NCBI GenBank assembly: GCA_030141605.1
Contig: JAQGDQ010000013.1
Coordinates: forward strand, 1,192,447 to 1,256,446
Source of the DNA: Tubiluchus corallicola
Lineage: Eukaryota; Animalia; Priapulida
Direction of reading: 5' to 3'
Length of the DNA stretch: 64,000 bases
The position numbers and the translations under genes are program-made. Shown here in pieces: positions 1 through 12,724 of the stretch. Numbering within the stretch: the stretch's first letter is position 1; each line of letters opens with the position of its first letter. Below the pieces are notes generated by a model. It made no database searches, was not told the DNA's origin, and saw only the letters and a program-made list of their open reading frames with translations.

Positions 1-2
1 AA

Positions 3-163
3 AAATTGGCGGCATGTATATTCTGCGTTCCAGCAACAAGCTGTGAGGTAGAAAGACTTTCAGTAAAGCAGGCCTGATAGTGAACGCAAAGAGAAATGGA
101 TTAAATCCACTAAGAGTCAACAAAATCTTGTTCCTACACTACAACTACAGACTGCTAAACTAA
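3..163 (+). pseudogene. hAT transposase C-terminal dimerization domain remnant (frameshifted, truncated by window start)
   Basis: Translates KLAACIFCVPATSCEVERL / (1-nt deletion near 58-60) FSKAGLIVNAKRNGLNPLRVNKILFLHYNYRLLN*, matching the hAT dimerization motif 'PATS..ERxFS.AG....R..L.P....LFL..N'. Confidence 0.85.
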
Positions 164-3100
164 ACCTGCAGTTGTTGATTAGTAGTGGAAGTATTCCATT
201 TCTCTTGGTGTTGGACTTCTATTTGATTTAGCCACTTGCGCAACTTGCTTGCTTATATTGAACTCAGGATATCTTGAAGACATATTTGCAAGAAATCCAT
301 TGCTTTATTATATTAAACGAAAAAATGATATCTATTCCATTATTTGAATTTTGTGCGTCCACTTTTCTCTGTGTATAAACGCAAATTGTTTAAAAATATT
401 TCCTCAATAATTAACAGTTAACTAACAATTTATCATTTATTTAGTTAATAAAAATTTGCAGTTTATCTGTTACTTTTTTCTTTAAGCCAACTGAGGTGAA
501 CGGACAATCAGCTTCAGTCAAACTAGCTGATTTACTGTGTGAGTCAGCTAAAGTAGTAGCAGCTGACTCAGCCTCAGCCTCTAACAATAATGTATGTTTA
601 ATACATTGCCTAATAATATGCTAGGGGCCATGACGCGTCATGAGCCGCGTGATGTTACATCATGATGTAAGAATGCCGTTACTATGTCACTTTATTCATC
701 GTCAAGAGGGCTGCAACAAAAATAAGTTATCAAAAGACCTTAAGAGACAAGAAGACCATAAAAAGATGAACACGAGAGAGCGAATCAGAATGGCGTGGTC
801 TGAACAACCATTGGATGGAAATAGACAGAGGTGTTGCCTCTACCGATGTATTATACGGAGAATAAGGAGGAGCAATAGAGTTGCACGTTTTCCTTTCGTC
901 TTGTCTGTCTTTTCTTATTAGGTCAAGGAATTTATTAGCAGAGGGATATAACAAGTTCTTGTCAGATCTTGTTCTGGCCTGGTGTAACTATCTTCTACTT
1001 TAAGTTAAATAACCTTGCACTAGCAATGACAATCAAACCTCACGCTTACAAGTTTAGCAATGTTATCGTTATCATTAGCATAATAATTATTTATTGTTAC
1101 TTTTCTTCTCGTTATTGTTAAGTCGTTTACATTACATTCATTGTCCATATAAAATCTAGATACCATTGCATAAAGAGGTCCTACTTTGCGTAACATCACT
1201 TCTTTCTTAGCGGTATTTTCACATCTGGCGAGACGAATGACGTAATTGTTATAGGGTATATTTCTTAACGCGTGAGTATAGCATATAGCTTTCAGTAACC
1301 GTTAATCATTCATGGCTAAGGTATTGTTGGATAAGATTAGGTATTAATTACGTCATTAAACAAAGGATGCGAAACATTGAGTTCTTCACTGCAATGTATA
1401 CATACGAAAGTCACCAGAAAAAGGTGAGTTGTTTAATTTATCAGTTCATTTTATATAAAATGAATTCTTTTTTTTTGTAATCATAATTATACGGTAAAAA
1501 ACTTCAGCATTTGTGGTGTTATATAGGCCTTTAACTGCTATTTGTATTGTATGCTCGAGTCACAAAATTCCTTTGTATGGTGATTTTATCTCTACTAAAT
1601 GTTTCTTTCATTATTGATTTAATCTGTTATTATTATTTGTTTGTAATGTAATGTAATTAATGGAGTTTCAATAAACAAAGATGATTATTTAGCCATCGTT
1701 TATCTAGTAACCTGTCAGAGATGTTCTCATTGAAATGTAAAATTGCGTTCATTGGAAGATGGAAGAAGAATTTATCAATACGGTGCCAGAGTTAATGCTG
1801 AAATGACTAATTTCAAACTGTAAGACATTTTTAAAATAATCATATGAACGCGCCAAACCTTTGCCTGGGTAGTGTACTGACCAATAAGGTTCAACCAAAT
1901 GGCTATCCAACGAACGACACAACTTGGTTTCAGATCACTTCTTTACTGTATGTGTTATTTTCAGTGTAGTGCTTGTATTAAAATTTCTTGCAGTTTTTCC
2001 ACATAAAGGGAAACAAATATTCAGGGGAGGGGCCGCAAAAATCAAAACCTCCGACACTAGTTGCCTCATGGTGTTGCATTCACTAAACTCCTGTTTTTTT
2101 TTTACTGTCATTTGGATCTCATACCAAATCCCATTCTGCTTTACTCTATGTCCACACTCTGCTCCAGTTTCTTTTTATTTCCACGTCTTAAACAAAAGTG
2201 TGGATAACGTCTAAATTTGAACTTTATGTTTTACTTTCTGTTGCATTTCCACAAGCAAGCAACTAGTTGTGTTTGTCAACGAGCACTTATTAAAAGCACA
2301 AATGCCGATTTTGCTTGCAAAAGTACTTTTACCCACTCAAATACTACATGGATAGCTTCTTGACTTTCTGTATGCATCATTCTATTTGCCATATCCTCCA
2401 GATGGGTGTGAAGAAATGAGTGGTTAGACGGTGGTTGGCCTGGAGGAAATTTGCCAAAAATAGTAACAGTTTCCAAAAAATGGCAAATTTATACTCAAAA
2501 TGACTTAAAATTATGGAATTGGGAAGTTAGAAAAAGGATAGAGACTTTATTTGATCAGTTCTGTCAATTCCGATATGCCAGCATCTACCAGAAGGATAGT
2601 TTTCTGCAAGCCATTACTCGATTGGCTCATGCTGTCACCTCCATGTATATAATATATATACGCTCTAGAGAAAAGAACTAAATTTGCTGGCTGAGTTGAC
2701 GGAAAGACCAACCTGAAAGGAAAAAACTAGTTTCCCATTTTAAACCTTTGGTAAATAACGAACTTCGAATGTTTATTGCTGATGTTAGTGTGACCTCTTG
2801 TGCCCCCAACTTCATTAAACTTCAATAGTTAGGCTTCACTACGAGCGGGTCCTGTTGCGAACGAATTCGCAAGTAGAACTATGTACAGCGGAAGGAAAAC
2901 ATAAAGAACATGAAGAACAATGGCATAAACACGTTTTTAGTACATCGGATAGTAAATTTATTTTAATAAAAAGATCAGATAAAGATTAAAGTAATTCTAT
3001 CGTATTCTTTGTGTTATCAGTCGCTGTAGTTGTTGTTGGAAGAGACAAGCTACAATTAAAAATAATATACAGAAGAATAAAAAGAAGAAACAGTGCCATT

Positions 3101-3978
3101 ACATGTCCCTAGGCATGATTAATAATACGTCAACAGCATGCTTTTTGTACACAAGTTTGGCACTCTGCAACAACCCCCCCCCTGGACCCAGTACCAAACT
3201 GCAGGGTCTGCACCAGGTCAACATCTGTAGCGGGACCAGAACCTCACTCATCAACAAGGTTATACCTATAAGACAAATCAACAAACCGACAGAGGCATCT
3301 TAGTCAGATGTGTATACATCCTCCCTATACATGGTAAACAGCCAGAATCAGCATGAGAAACAAAATCTCTCAGAGCAAGGATCGAAGCAGGGTTCACCAT
3401 CCATTAAATGAGCCGCCAGTGTTACCGCCAATCTTAACTTGGGTCTCCAAAGTTAACCCTGTAACCACTCAGCATATCGTGTCTGTTACAAAGCAAACCC
3501 ATTATTGTAACTTATGACTACTGTAATCTATAGACCTGTTTAATGCATACTTCTAATTCATACAAATATCTATTTGTCTTAGTTTTGAGTTTGTCTGTCT
3601 TTAGCAGGATTAAGATGATCAAGGAGGGATCTCTGCCAGGAGCATACCCAACCTCTTGAAAAAATTGGATGTAAAAATTAAAAAAATAATATATAAAATG
3701 CAAAAAGACAGGGGAAACCATCACCTCTTTTAAAAAACTTGTTTGTGGATGTACTGATATACATGCTTCTGACAATAAAGAAACAATGAGTACCACAAAT
3801 GATAAACCATTAGGGAGAACAAACAACACTCACATGTGTGCACGTTACGTCAAACAAGCAAACTGTAGTCGTCACGGGAATTGATAAATTTATCTATCAC
3901 AATATCTGTCACAACGTACTCGACTGGAACAGTTTAATTAAAGTACAAACATCTCCACGAGTAGGCAACAGTATGGCA

Positions 3979-4203
3979 GATAGGCAACATTAATCATTAA
4001 TCATTAATTTGGGGATGAATGACTTGATGACTCGGGGATCGAGTTAGTAACTCGGGAAACGAGCTAATAGCTCAAGGGAATGAGTTAATAATATGGGGAA
4101 TGAGTTAGTAGCTCGGAGGAATGAGTCAGTAATTCAGAGAAACGAGTTAGTAACTCAGGGAATGAACTAAAACAAATTTTTCTTATGTCCCTTTAGGGAT
4201 CAT
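3979..4203 (+). repeat. Interspersed repeat with internal ~20-bp tandem units, copy 1
   Basis: Starts TAGGCAACATTAATCATTAA, then units like AACTCGGGGAACGAGTTAGT, ends AATTTTTCTTATGTCCCTTTAGGG; homologous to 6204-6383. Confidence 0.8.
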
Positions 4204-4522
4204 ATGATGCAGATGCCTAGTGTTAAATTGCGCATTGTAACTCCTTCGAATTTTAAGCATCAAAATAAAGTGAAAAAGTTTAAAATAAATAATTTAAGGT
4301 CGTAACTGCCAAATGTAAGTAATGCCAACGTTCTAATAGTAACACCCATATAACACACACACACATGGCAAAATTAATTTGATTAATTGGGAGGATTTTG
4401 ATACAACGTTTACTAATTGTCGCGTTTTTTCTCAAATTTTTATTTTTTAATTGATCAAAAATTTGATTTTTTTGCAATCAACTCATCAAGATTTTGCTGT
4501 AAAATAAGTAATATGAGTAACA

Positions 4523-5536
4523 TTACTTATTCTGTGTAGTAATTGTGAAAGGTGTGACGGAATTATTACTGGAGTGTTCATTACCTGTGACATTACTTGA
4601 TATGCACAACAGCTTCTTGAAGAACCTGCGAAAATCATTGTTGTGCCAAACATAGACGATAGGATTTATGAGTGCGTTTAAGGTCAAACCAAACAGTCTA
4701 ATCTTGTTCAATGTCTCATTTTCCACTCTTGTCTTGCTCACAATCATCATGTGAAGTATATTAGGCGCGATACATATCATGGAGGTGGCGATAATAATAG
4801 CTGACATCTTTGTTGCTCTCATTTGCATAACGTATCTAATGCTAGACCGTGCGTTTCCTTGGTTTCGAACCTTCTTGAAGCTTGCTGCAGCAGCTAAGAC
4901 AATTCTAGTGTAAGCAAAACCCATGAAGCCCGTGGCAGCGATATAATGAGCGGAAAGCACGTCTATATACCAGGACCAGTTCATGAACTCCCCCATGCAC
5001 GGAACTCCATAAATCCAATGACTTGGTACTTGGATGGCAGAAAGTAGAGCCACAAGCACTGAATAGAAAACGGCCAGAGTAACAGAAGTGAAGTATCGGT
5101 GGCGGCTTGTGTAGCGTTTATAGTTTATCGGTTCAGTTATGGCTAAGTATCGATCATAGGTGATCAGTACCAGAAGCGTGATATTCGAAATTACAATGAA
5201 TATCGCAATAAACAATAGCAGACAGCAAGTTCTCATTTGTGGTATCGGATTGACAGTGAAAGAAATTAATGCTGCGGGTAAGCTGATTCCCCATAAAAGA
5301 TCAGTTAGTGCCAGATTTGTGAGCAACTTATTATTGAAGGTCTGCAGCGATTTATACTTGCAAACAATCACAACTACCACTGTATTTAGAAATATGGTAA
5401 CTGCTCCAACTAACGTGGTCATCACAAACATTACACTGTCATACAACGTTCCTATTTTTCCAAAATCGCTTTCGAGTAGATTCTCTCCTGAACTTTTGTT
5501 TATGGTATAATTTGCTATCAAATCGTTGGCCAACAT
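4523..5536 (-). CDS. Intronless rhodopsin-like (class A) G-protein-coupled receptor, orphan
   Basis: 337-aa ORF with seven hydrophobic segments, TM1 N (FLNTVV), TM2 LALTD, TM3 DRY (TYDRYLAI), TM7 NPIVY, helix 8 (NDFRRFFKKLLC) and N-terminal N-glycosylation sequons. Confidence 0.93.
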   Translation of the reverse strand: MLANDLIANYTINKSSGENLLESDFGKIGTLYDSVMFVMTTLVGAVTIFLNTVVVVIVCKYKSLQTFNNKLLTNLALTDLLWGISLPAALISFTVNPIPQMRTCCLLLFIAIFIVISNITLLVLITYDRYLAITEPINYKRYTSRHRYFTSVTLAVFYSVLVALLSAIQVPSHWIYGVPCMGEFMNWSWYIDVLSAHYIAATGFMGFAYTRIVLAAAASFKKVRNQGNARSSIRYVMQMRATKMSAIIIATSMICIAPNILHMMIVSKTRVENETLNKIRLFGLTLNALINPIVYVWHNNDFRRFFKKLLCISSNVTGNEHSSNNSVTPFTITTQNK

Positions 5537-6203
5537 TACTGCTGTTCAACGTCAAAATTAAAATTACGTCGCGTTCGCGTTTTAGTTATAAAGCCGCTTA
5601 GGTACAATTGATTTCTTGCTACTTTTAACCGCGCAAGCTCAGTAGCATATTGCAGTAATTACGGCTAATTCTAAAATTTTCTGTTGGACTATAATTATAG
5701 TAGGCCTTTTATTTTTGCCTAGACAAAATATTGGGAGTGGCGGAAACTTTTGAATAACAAATGTCACATTACTGAAAGTAGCCCAGAAGTTCTGTCACGA
5801 TAAGACTTGTTGCTTCTCAAATTATTGTGGACGTATTTGCTATTAAAATTTAGAAGTGAAAGACATAAAAAAGCTTATTGTCGTTACTAAGAAGATTTCG
5901 TTAAAGGTATAGTGACCTAGAAAGTGTGGTGTAATTTATTGTTCCAGTCAACCACATGGTTATACATGTCAAATAATGTACGCTAAATACATGGAAACGT
6001 AGACAGGCTGAATAAATATTAAATTATTTGCTACCAAAATTATATATTACTGTTCTTTTTTATCTATATCAATGGGAGAGCAAAGCATTAGGCGAAAATA
6101 ACTCCTACTCGCATGAGAAGTTATTTATGCACTTGATGAGTTTATGTACTTGACTGGAGCAATTTAATTCAAGTTCAATCATTTCCAGCAGTTAACATTG
6201 TGC

Positions 6204-6383
6204 ATAGGCAACATTAATCATTAACTCGGGGGTGGGGGGCGACTTATTAACTCAGGGGAACGACTTAATAACTCAGGAGAATGACTTAATAACATGGGTA
6301 ACGACTTAATATTTCGGGGGAACGACTTAGTAACTCGAGGAATGACTAAAAAATTTTTTCATATGCTCTTTAGCGGCGGCGTA
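6204..6383 (+). repeat. Interspersed repeat with internal ~20-bp tandem units, copy 2
   Basis: TAGGCAACATTAATCATTAA start, AACTCAGGGGAACGACTTAAT units, AAATTTTTTCATATGCTCTTTAGCGG end; same orientation as copy 1. Confidence 0.8.
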
Positions 6384-7758
6384 ATACAGATCGCTTCATT
6401 AATAAAAAAGATTCTTGCAGGCACATAAAGTTACATGAACTCGAAGCCTTCAACAGCATAATACAAGAAACGAAACGTAAGTGAGATGGCTGCCACTAGA
6501 CATGAAAAACATTGGCTAATAAACTATTTGGAACCAAACCAGAGTTACAGTTAAATTACGTATATTATGAAATTAATTAAATATACGTAAGTGAAAAAAG
6601 GAGTTACCGCTTGAAAACTTTTATACATGAAGGGGTTGAGGGAAAATCTAGCCAGTTGCAAGCGTATATACATAAAGAGAGCGCAATAGAAGCTGCTTCT
6701 TGTTGCTTCTGAAGACCCAAATCAATAAATTAATTTTCAAACGCAATCAACACAAGCTGCAAATAGATAATTGACGCTTAATTATTACACTGCAATATAT
6801 GCATAACTTTATATGCCTTATCTTCGTGTACCATTATACTATTATTATGTACAAAAAATTAATTTTGGGATGGGTTTCTAGTGGGGAGGGACGTCGGGGA
6901 ATGGGTTGAGGAGGGGACGCTGAAAATATTTTTGCCTAGCATGTCAAACAACCTAGAGCGACCGTGGAATTAAGCAGAGGAAATTTTCCATTGCGAAACT
7001 TATAGCCTATTATAAATTCCGGAAATACCTTTAATCAAGATTGCAAGCAGATTAAAGCGTTCATGCTAAAGTGAATTAGCCAAAGGCTGCAACAGGAGCG
7101 CAGGTTACTGAGGTAGAGTTTCATAATTAAGTATAATAGGATTGGAAACGTAACTAGCTGGAAATGATTGACATTTCTAATCTTTTCAGTTACGATATGA
7201 TGTCTCATTTTTACGTTGTGATTAACCGAAAATGTTAACATTTTCAGGACTTTCTGAATTTCCCTTAAGTCTATTTAGAAGCCAATAACAACTTAGGCTT
7301 GATTCTTGTGTTCATGTTTATTGCCTGTATTTCCCTTAGCACTTTCTGTGAAACTTGACACTGAACTTGATATCATGTTGGAGCTGTTCTGAAATGTAGC
7401 CAATCAGAGTCGTCGGTCAGTTGTTTACGTTGCATAACTATCACAAAGTATTTAAAAGATCGGGCCAATCGGTTGGCTCCAGGTTGAGGATCGACACAGG
7501 GCTGATGGGAGAGGCCCCGTTTAATTTGTTCAGTGCTCTGCGATCGTTAAACATTGCCATGTACAGTTTCAATAGTTACTCAAATTTATACCTTAGAGTG
7601 TTATACACATATATGATCTGGACTGATGTCAGGTTAAGCAATGTGAGCGCAAAGCTATAGGGTGCAGCAGGTGCCCTTGCCTGTTACTGTTAGACTGTTA
7701 GCGCTTAATAACAGTATAGTGCTTGACTGCCTGAATGGCGAATGCCTGTTTTAAAAAC

Positions 7759-8335
7759 TTAAAGGACGACAGGATGGTTTTTCATATACTATCCCATTTT
7801 CAAGTACAGCAAAAAGTATACCTTTTAACACCAATAATACTGGAAAAGCGTTTCTGATAGTTAAATAATAGACTAAAATCCTAATTAATGGTGAGTGAGT
7901 TCAAATATTACATGACATCACAAACTAACATAATTTTCAATGGCAAAAATATTCCACGAGTATGTTTGTGTTTCTGAAAAAGGAAATTGAAGTACAGTGC
8001 TGCTGTAAGAGATTCAGTATGTTGTAATAAAACTGAAGAAGTTTTATGATAAAAATTCAAATTTCAAATTTGTCTCATGCATGAGCCGTTAATTGTATGC
8101 AGTACGTCAAAACGAACACATCTGAACTAAGAAGTAGAACACCTGTGTAAGTGTCCATTTAACTAGATGGCAAAATTCTTGCAACAATGGAGAGCTAGTG
8201 GTGCAAACGCGAAGTTGCGTTTCTGCGATAATAATTCTTTCACGTAAATTATTCTGGAAAGAATAGTACGTCTCCCTTCAATATCATAAGGAGTAGATTA
8301 AAATAACATAGCGTTTAAGAATGGGTTCGGTTTTG
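7759..8335 (+). mobile_element. Non-autonomous DNA transposon starting TTAA|AGG (Kolobok-like), copy 1
   Basis: Collinear similarity with 44889-45486 over ~570 bp (TTAAAGGA.GACA.GAT..TTTTTCATATACTA; CAAACTAACATAATTTTCAA; AACACATCTGAACTAAGA; GTTTAAGAATGGGT). Superfamily inferred only from the TTAA+AGG terminus. Confidence 0.7.
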
Positions 8336-8472
8336 GTTTACATGGGCGCGGAGAAGAACACGAAGACCAGGAAACGAAGAGCTGCCATATTGTGGTAGTA
8401 GTTTTTGACAAAATTGTTCGACCTTTGCCGATAATGTAAAGTTCTGTTAATTCACTTATTTTTTATTTCAAA

Positions 8473-10827
8473 ATGGCTTCAAAAAGGATAGCTAGATCTG
8501 CAGTGGATTGGGCTGCCTTTGCAGAACGAGTCCCGGAAAACCAGACTCAACTCTTCCAGGCCTTCAGAAAAAAGTCGGAGTCATACATCAGCAAGTACGT
8601 GCTTAACGTAAATTCAACAAGCTGTCGGGATTTTCCTAATTTGATGGGCGTTGTTTTGGACGTGATGGACGTAATTCTAAGCGCCTATTCACTAAATTTA
8701 TGGTCGCATTCCGATGGACGTCCATTAACTATTTTAATTTTTAACGAACATAGACGTAATCTTATTCTTACTCCTACTTGTCTTAGTCTTAGCTACAATG
8801 GGCGTAAGTTGAGTACCGGTTTATTAAATTGATGGACCTACGTAATATTGGACGTAATGGACGTAACTACGAGCATCCAATTGCTAAATTGAAGACCTAT
8901 TTTAATATGTTTTACTTATGTATCTGTTTGTCTTAACTACATCTATTAAATTAGTGAACAAACATTCAACTTACGTGCATCGTGTCTGTATGGCATTCTT
9001 CACGTCTATTCATTTACGATTTGCCAACCTGTTGTAACTTGAAACTGTAGGTTTTCAGTCGAATAACCTCTGCGGGATCCTCGGGATATGATGGGCCCAG
9101 AAAACATAAGTATTCAGAGAAATAAGTAGACCGGGTAACTACTTAGTATCAGCGGTTAATGTCAAATGATGTTCGAAACTGTCAACCAATAAAGCTTGAG
9201 AGCATGCAATGGATCTAAATGAACAGCTCGAGGAATATCTTCAAGTTCATTCTTGAGAGCAGCATACTGCAGTGACCCTACAATCGACTCATGTTCCATT
9301 CCAAAATGAGTAGATCAAAATTCTGCAAATTCATTTTAGTTTTTTGGTAGGCTTGTTGGCTTTTGCTTGGATTTGCTTGAAGGAGAAATTATGGGGCTTT
9401 TTAGGTCTAACTAACCTTAGACAAAATTATTTTGGCTTTTTTTGAGAAAATTATGTTTGCTTGATATGTAAAATAATCTGTGTCTCTATACCCATACTTA
9501 TATTTCAATTTGCTGTGCATGTAATAACTAATAATAGTTATTATGTTGATGTCAGAGTTGTACTCAGCAATAAAAAAATTGTTTTTTATCAATTAGTGCA
9601 ACATTGTTAGTTAATTCATTCTTACTGTGTAACATGTTATATTATTAACAGTAAGCTTATTCAATTCAGGGTTCACAATTATCCAGAAAATCCGCCTCCA
9701 ATCAACTGGTCTTATTACAAGTCTCGGATCGCACTACCTGGTCTGGCCGACAAGTTTGAGAAGGCTTACCAATCACTGAAGATTCCCTTTCCCACTGAGA
9801 ACGTAACTCCGGAAATTGACTCACAGCAGAGGGATCAAGCTAAAGCGAAGGAAACTTTTAAACAGTTGTCATCAGCCCGTATCGAAGGTTATAAAAAAGA
9901 GGTAATCATTATGTAAGGATTATTAGTGTATGAGATTATGGAATTTGCGTTTTCTTAATCTGTTTTGTAGAAAATACTGATGTTTCACGTTCTTGTCTCT
10001 GATTAAGTTTCTGTGTTGTTTATACCCAACATTATTAGACTTCATAATTTGCTTTTACAAAATTTAGCTCTTCTGATTAGCAGGGATGCTTTCGATCTCA
10101 CAAGTGCTCATTCCATTTAAACAGAAGCTCGATTCTGACTCGTGTTTTTAACCCGACCGTTAAAACCTTTCGGTTCTTCAAGAGCTTTTAGAGCTTCACT
10201 GTTTTCACATGTAAGATCAGAGCATTTGCTTGTAACATCAGCGACTTAATTATATAAATGGTTTTTCTTTTAACGGTATTCGTTTTTCACTTTAGCAGCA
10301 TTTTTAGCAGACATCGTGTTTATTTAGTTGGTGCATGCAGTGTAACATCTTCATTATTCTATGGTTTAGCAATTTATTTATAAAAATAATAGCTACAACT
10401 TTTCATACATCATTGTGAGCAAATCCATACAGGGCAAATGCTAATGTGTATCTAGGATATGTGTTTCTCCACATGTATATATATATATGTATGTGTGTGT
10501 GTGTGTGTGCGTGCGTGCGTGCATGCGTGTATATATAATACGATGCCAAATAAGCACTTGGATTGTTGTAAATTTAATCACATAGATTAAAATTTCCAGT
10601 TCTTTTAACACAAATATCTTGATGTGCCGAGTTCTTAAAATCTTTGTTTTTCTCTCAAGTTGGAGAAGTGGGAGTCAATGTTGCCTATAGAAGAAATGAC
10701 GAGGCAAGAGTTTGCGGAACACTTTCCTGACAAAACGTGGAACAGAGACAATCCAACATGGTACCCCCACGATGAATTTGCTATTACACCAGAAAAGCTT
10801 GCAGCACAACAACAAGAAGCCAAATAA
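8473..10827 (+). CDS. ATP5PD: Mitochondrial ATP synthase peripheral stalk subunit d; exons 8473-8594, 9670-9901, 10660-10827
   Basis: Spliced translation MASKRIARSAVDWAAFAERVPENQ...KSESYISK|VHNYPENPPPINWSYYKSRIALPGLADKFEKAYQSLKIPFP...GYKKE|LEKWESMLPIEEMTRQEFAEHFPD...NPTWYPH...*; GT-AG sites in compatible phases; AATAAA near 10900. Confidence 0.95.
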
Positions 10828-12110
10828 CAGAACAAGGGTTTTAAAATTGTGTAGCGCCATCTAACAATGCATTAAATTGTTAGTTATTCTCATGTTATAA
10901 ATAAAAATGTTATTATTCTTTCCTCGGTCAAATCTGTTAAATGATTAACTTACCATTAGTAATGTTGACCTCATCAACAAATGTGACATGACTTAATACA
11001 GCTAGTTATTCGCTATTCCTGTCAATGCATGTTTGACACTAATGTAGATTGTGACAAGTATTGTTTTGTTACTGATGTATGTAACATCACAGACACTGTT
11101 TTACTTTTTAACTCATACTGCAGAGATTGTTTGCCTACCAATTGGTTAAGTGTGACAATAGTAGAGAATGGATGTAGTACAGGTCTATGGTGGTATAAAT
11201 TAAATACAATGCTGTAATTTGAAGATTGTACATTTAATCCGGTGTAATATTGCAAACAATGTTAAACAAAAAATGCTGCAATTAAAGTGTATGACTGAAG
11301 ACAGTCTGTAGTAACTTTCTGTGTGTTAAATGTGTTCATGATCTTAAGTCTTGCAATTACAATAGTTCAATTGGCATATCAGTGTAGCTGCCTTGCATAC
11401 TAACACAAAATGTGGCCACTTTGACAAAATATCTGTCGATTAAAGCATTAACTTACAACGCAGAAGATTAATATTTTAAAGACCATGAAAACTGTATTAT
11501 AACTTTCAAGGGAAAGCCAGATTTAGCTTAACGATTTTCATGTCAACAACAGTACAGTCGGTCAGTCTGTTTCATAATAAACAATCAAAAACAATCTCCA
11601 GGTCTGGAACAGTGTGTATCTCGATTTACATTAAGTAAACTAGAAATAATACGTTAAATAAGAATAATTTATTTTTGGAAAAAACACCAACAAAAATTTA
11701 TGTTATAATATGAAAACTTGCACCCATTGATAAAATAATACAGTGCCTGACAACAATGCAGCATACGCTTAAATGTTTATGTACAAATTGTGATAAAACA
11801 ACAATATATCACTCCCAAATATACAGCAATCTCATATATCACAGAATTGTTGTACACGCAACATGTTTACAATTATGATTTTTGAAAATTAAGTTCATTG
11901 CAGTATCAAATCTTGAAACGGACAAATTAATTGCTGCATGATTAGTTACCTTTTGTACAGATACCTGTTTGATCTAAGTGTTGGTCCACTTTGCTTGACT
12001 TGTACCCCTGGGGGGGGGGGGAAGAAGCTGCTACATGTTAATTGAAATACAAGTTACATGATTGTGTTGGTTTGCATAGACATCTTATCATGACTAATAT
12101 TTGATATCAG

Positions 12111-12351
12111 CAGTGGCAGCTCATAGTTAAAATTAGTGGGGGTGCTGCTTCAGAAAATTTCCAGTCATTGCCAAACACTGCATCGCTGGAACTGTAAAGC
12201 GCACAGTTCTACACATGGATTTTTGTAATTTTTTCATGCTTATGGATTATATAATGTAAAAGTATAAAGAAAAAAAAGAATATTATCAATAACATCAAGT
12301 GAAAATATGGGGTGCTGCAGTTCCGTAGTGCCTATACACGAGGTGCCACTT
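12111..12351. mobile_element. hAT-type MITE (degenerate)
   Basis: Termini CAGTGGCAGCTC ... GAGGTGCCACTT, subterminal GGGGTGCTGC repeats, degenerate 8-bp flanks GATATCAG/GGTGTTAG. Confidence 0.5.
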
Positions 12352-12724
12352 GGTGTTAGTTAACAACAAATCTAACGGATAATTTTAAACTTAGTGCATG
12401 TGCAACAAGTTTACCTACAGGATGTTTTATTGAGATTAAACTGCAAAATTTAAGTTCCACGTCTAATTTACATCACATATTTTTCTTGAATTTTGCAGCT
12501 ATCATATTTTAACGAATAATTTGAAGCTCAACGCCAAAGTAAAAAGCATGTTGCACATTTGTAAATACCTATCTGATTATTACGATTTCATGTACTACAG
12601 AGTGAATGAACAGCCGAATAGTTTAATGCGAACTAAGTTGTAAATGAATCGGTCAACAGATGAGTTCCAGCACCAATCACTGATGCGCCATCTAAATAGT
12701 TGTCACTTGAAGATACACTTCTCG

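Noticed and set aside
666-1050. Possible solo LTR (TGTAAG...CTTACA)
   Set aside because: Flanks do not form a TSD, there is no clear primer-binding site, and no second copy is in the window.
2270-2600. Possible Gypsy integrase remnant on the minus strand (..HRLTT..E*CIQKVKKL)
   Set aside because: Too degenerate to support by eye; would need a translated profile search.
8595-8832. C-terminal 78 aa of the 119-aa ORF starting at 8473
   Set aside because: Read-through into ATP5PD intron 1, which holds GGACGTAAT repeats; the real protein continues at 9670.
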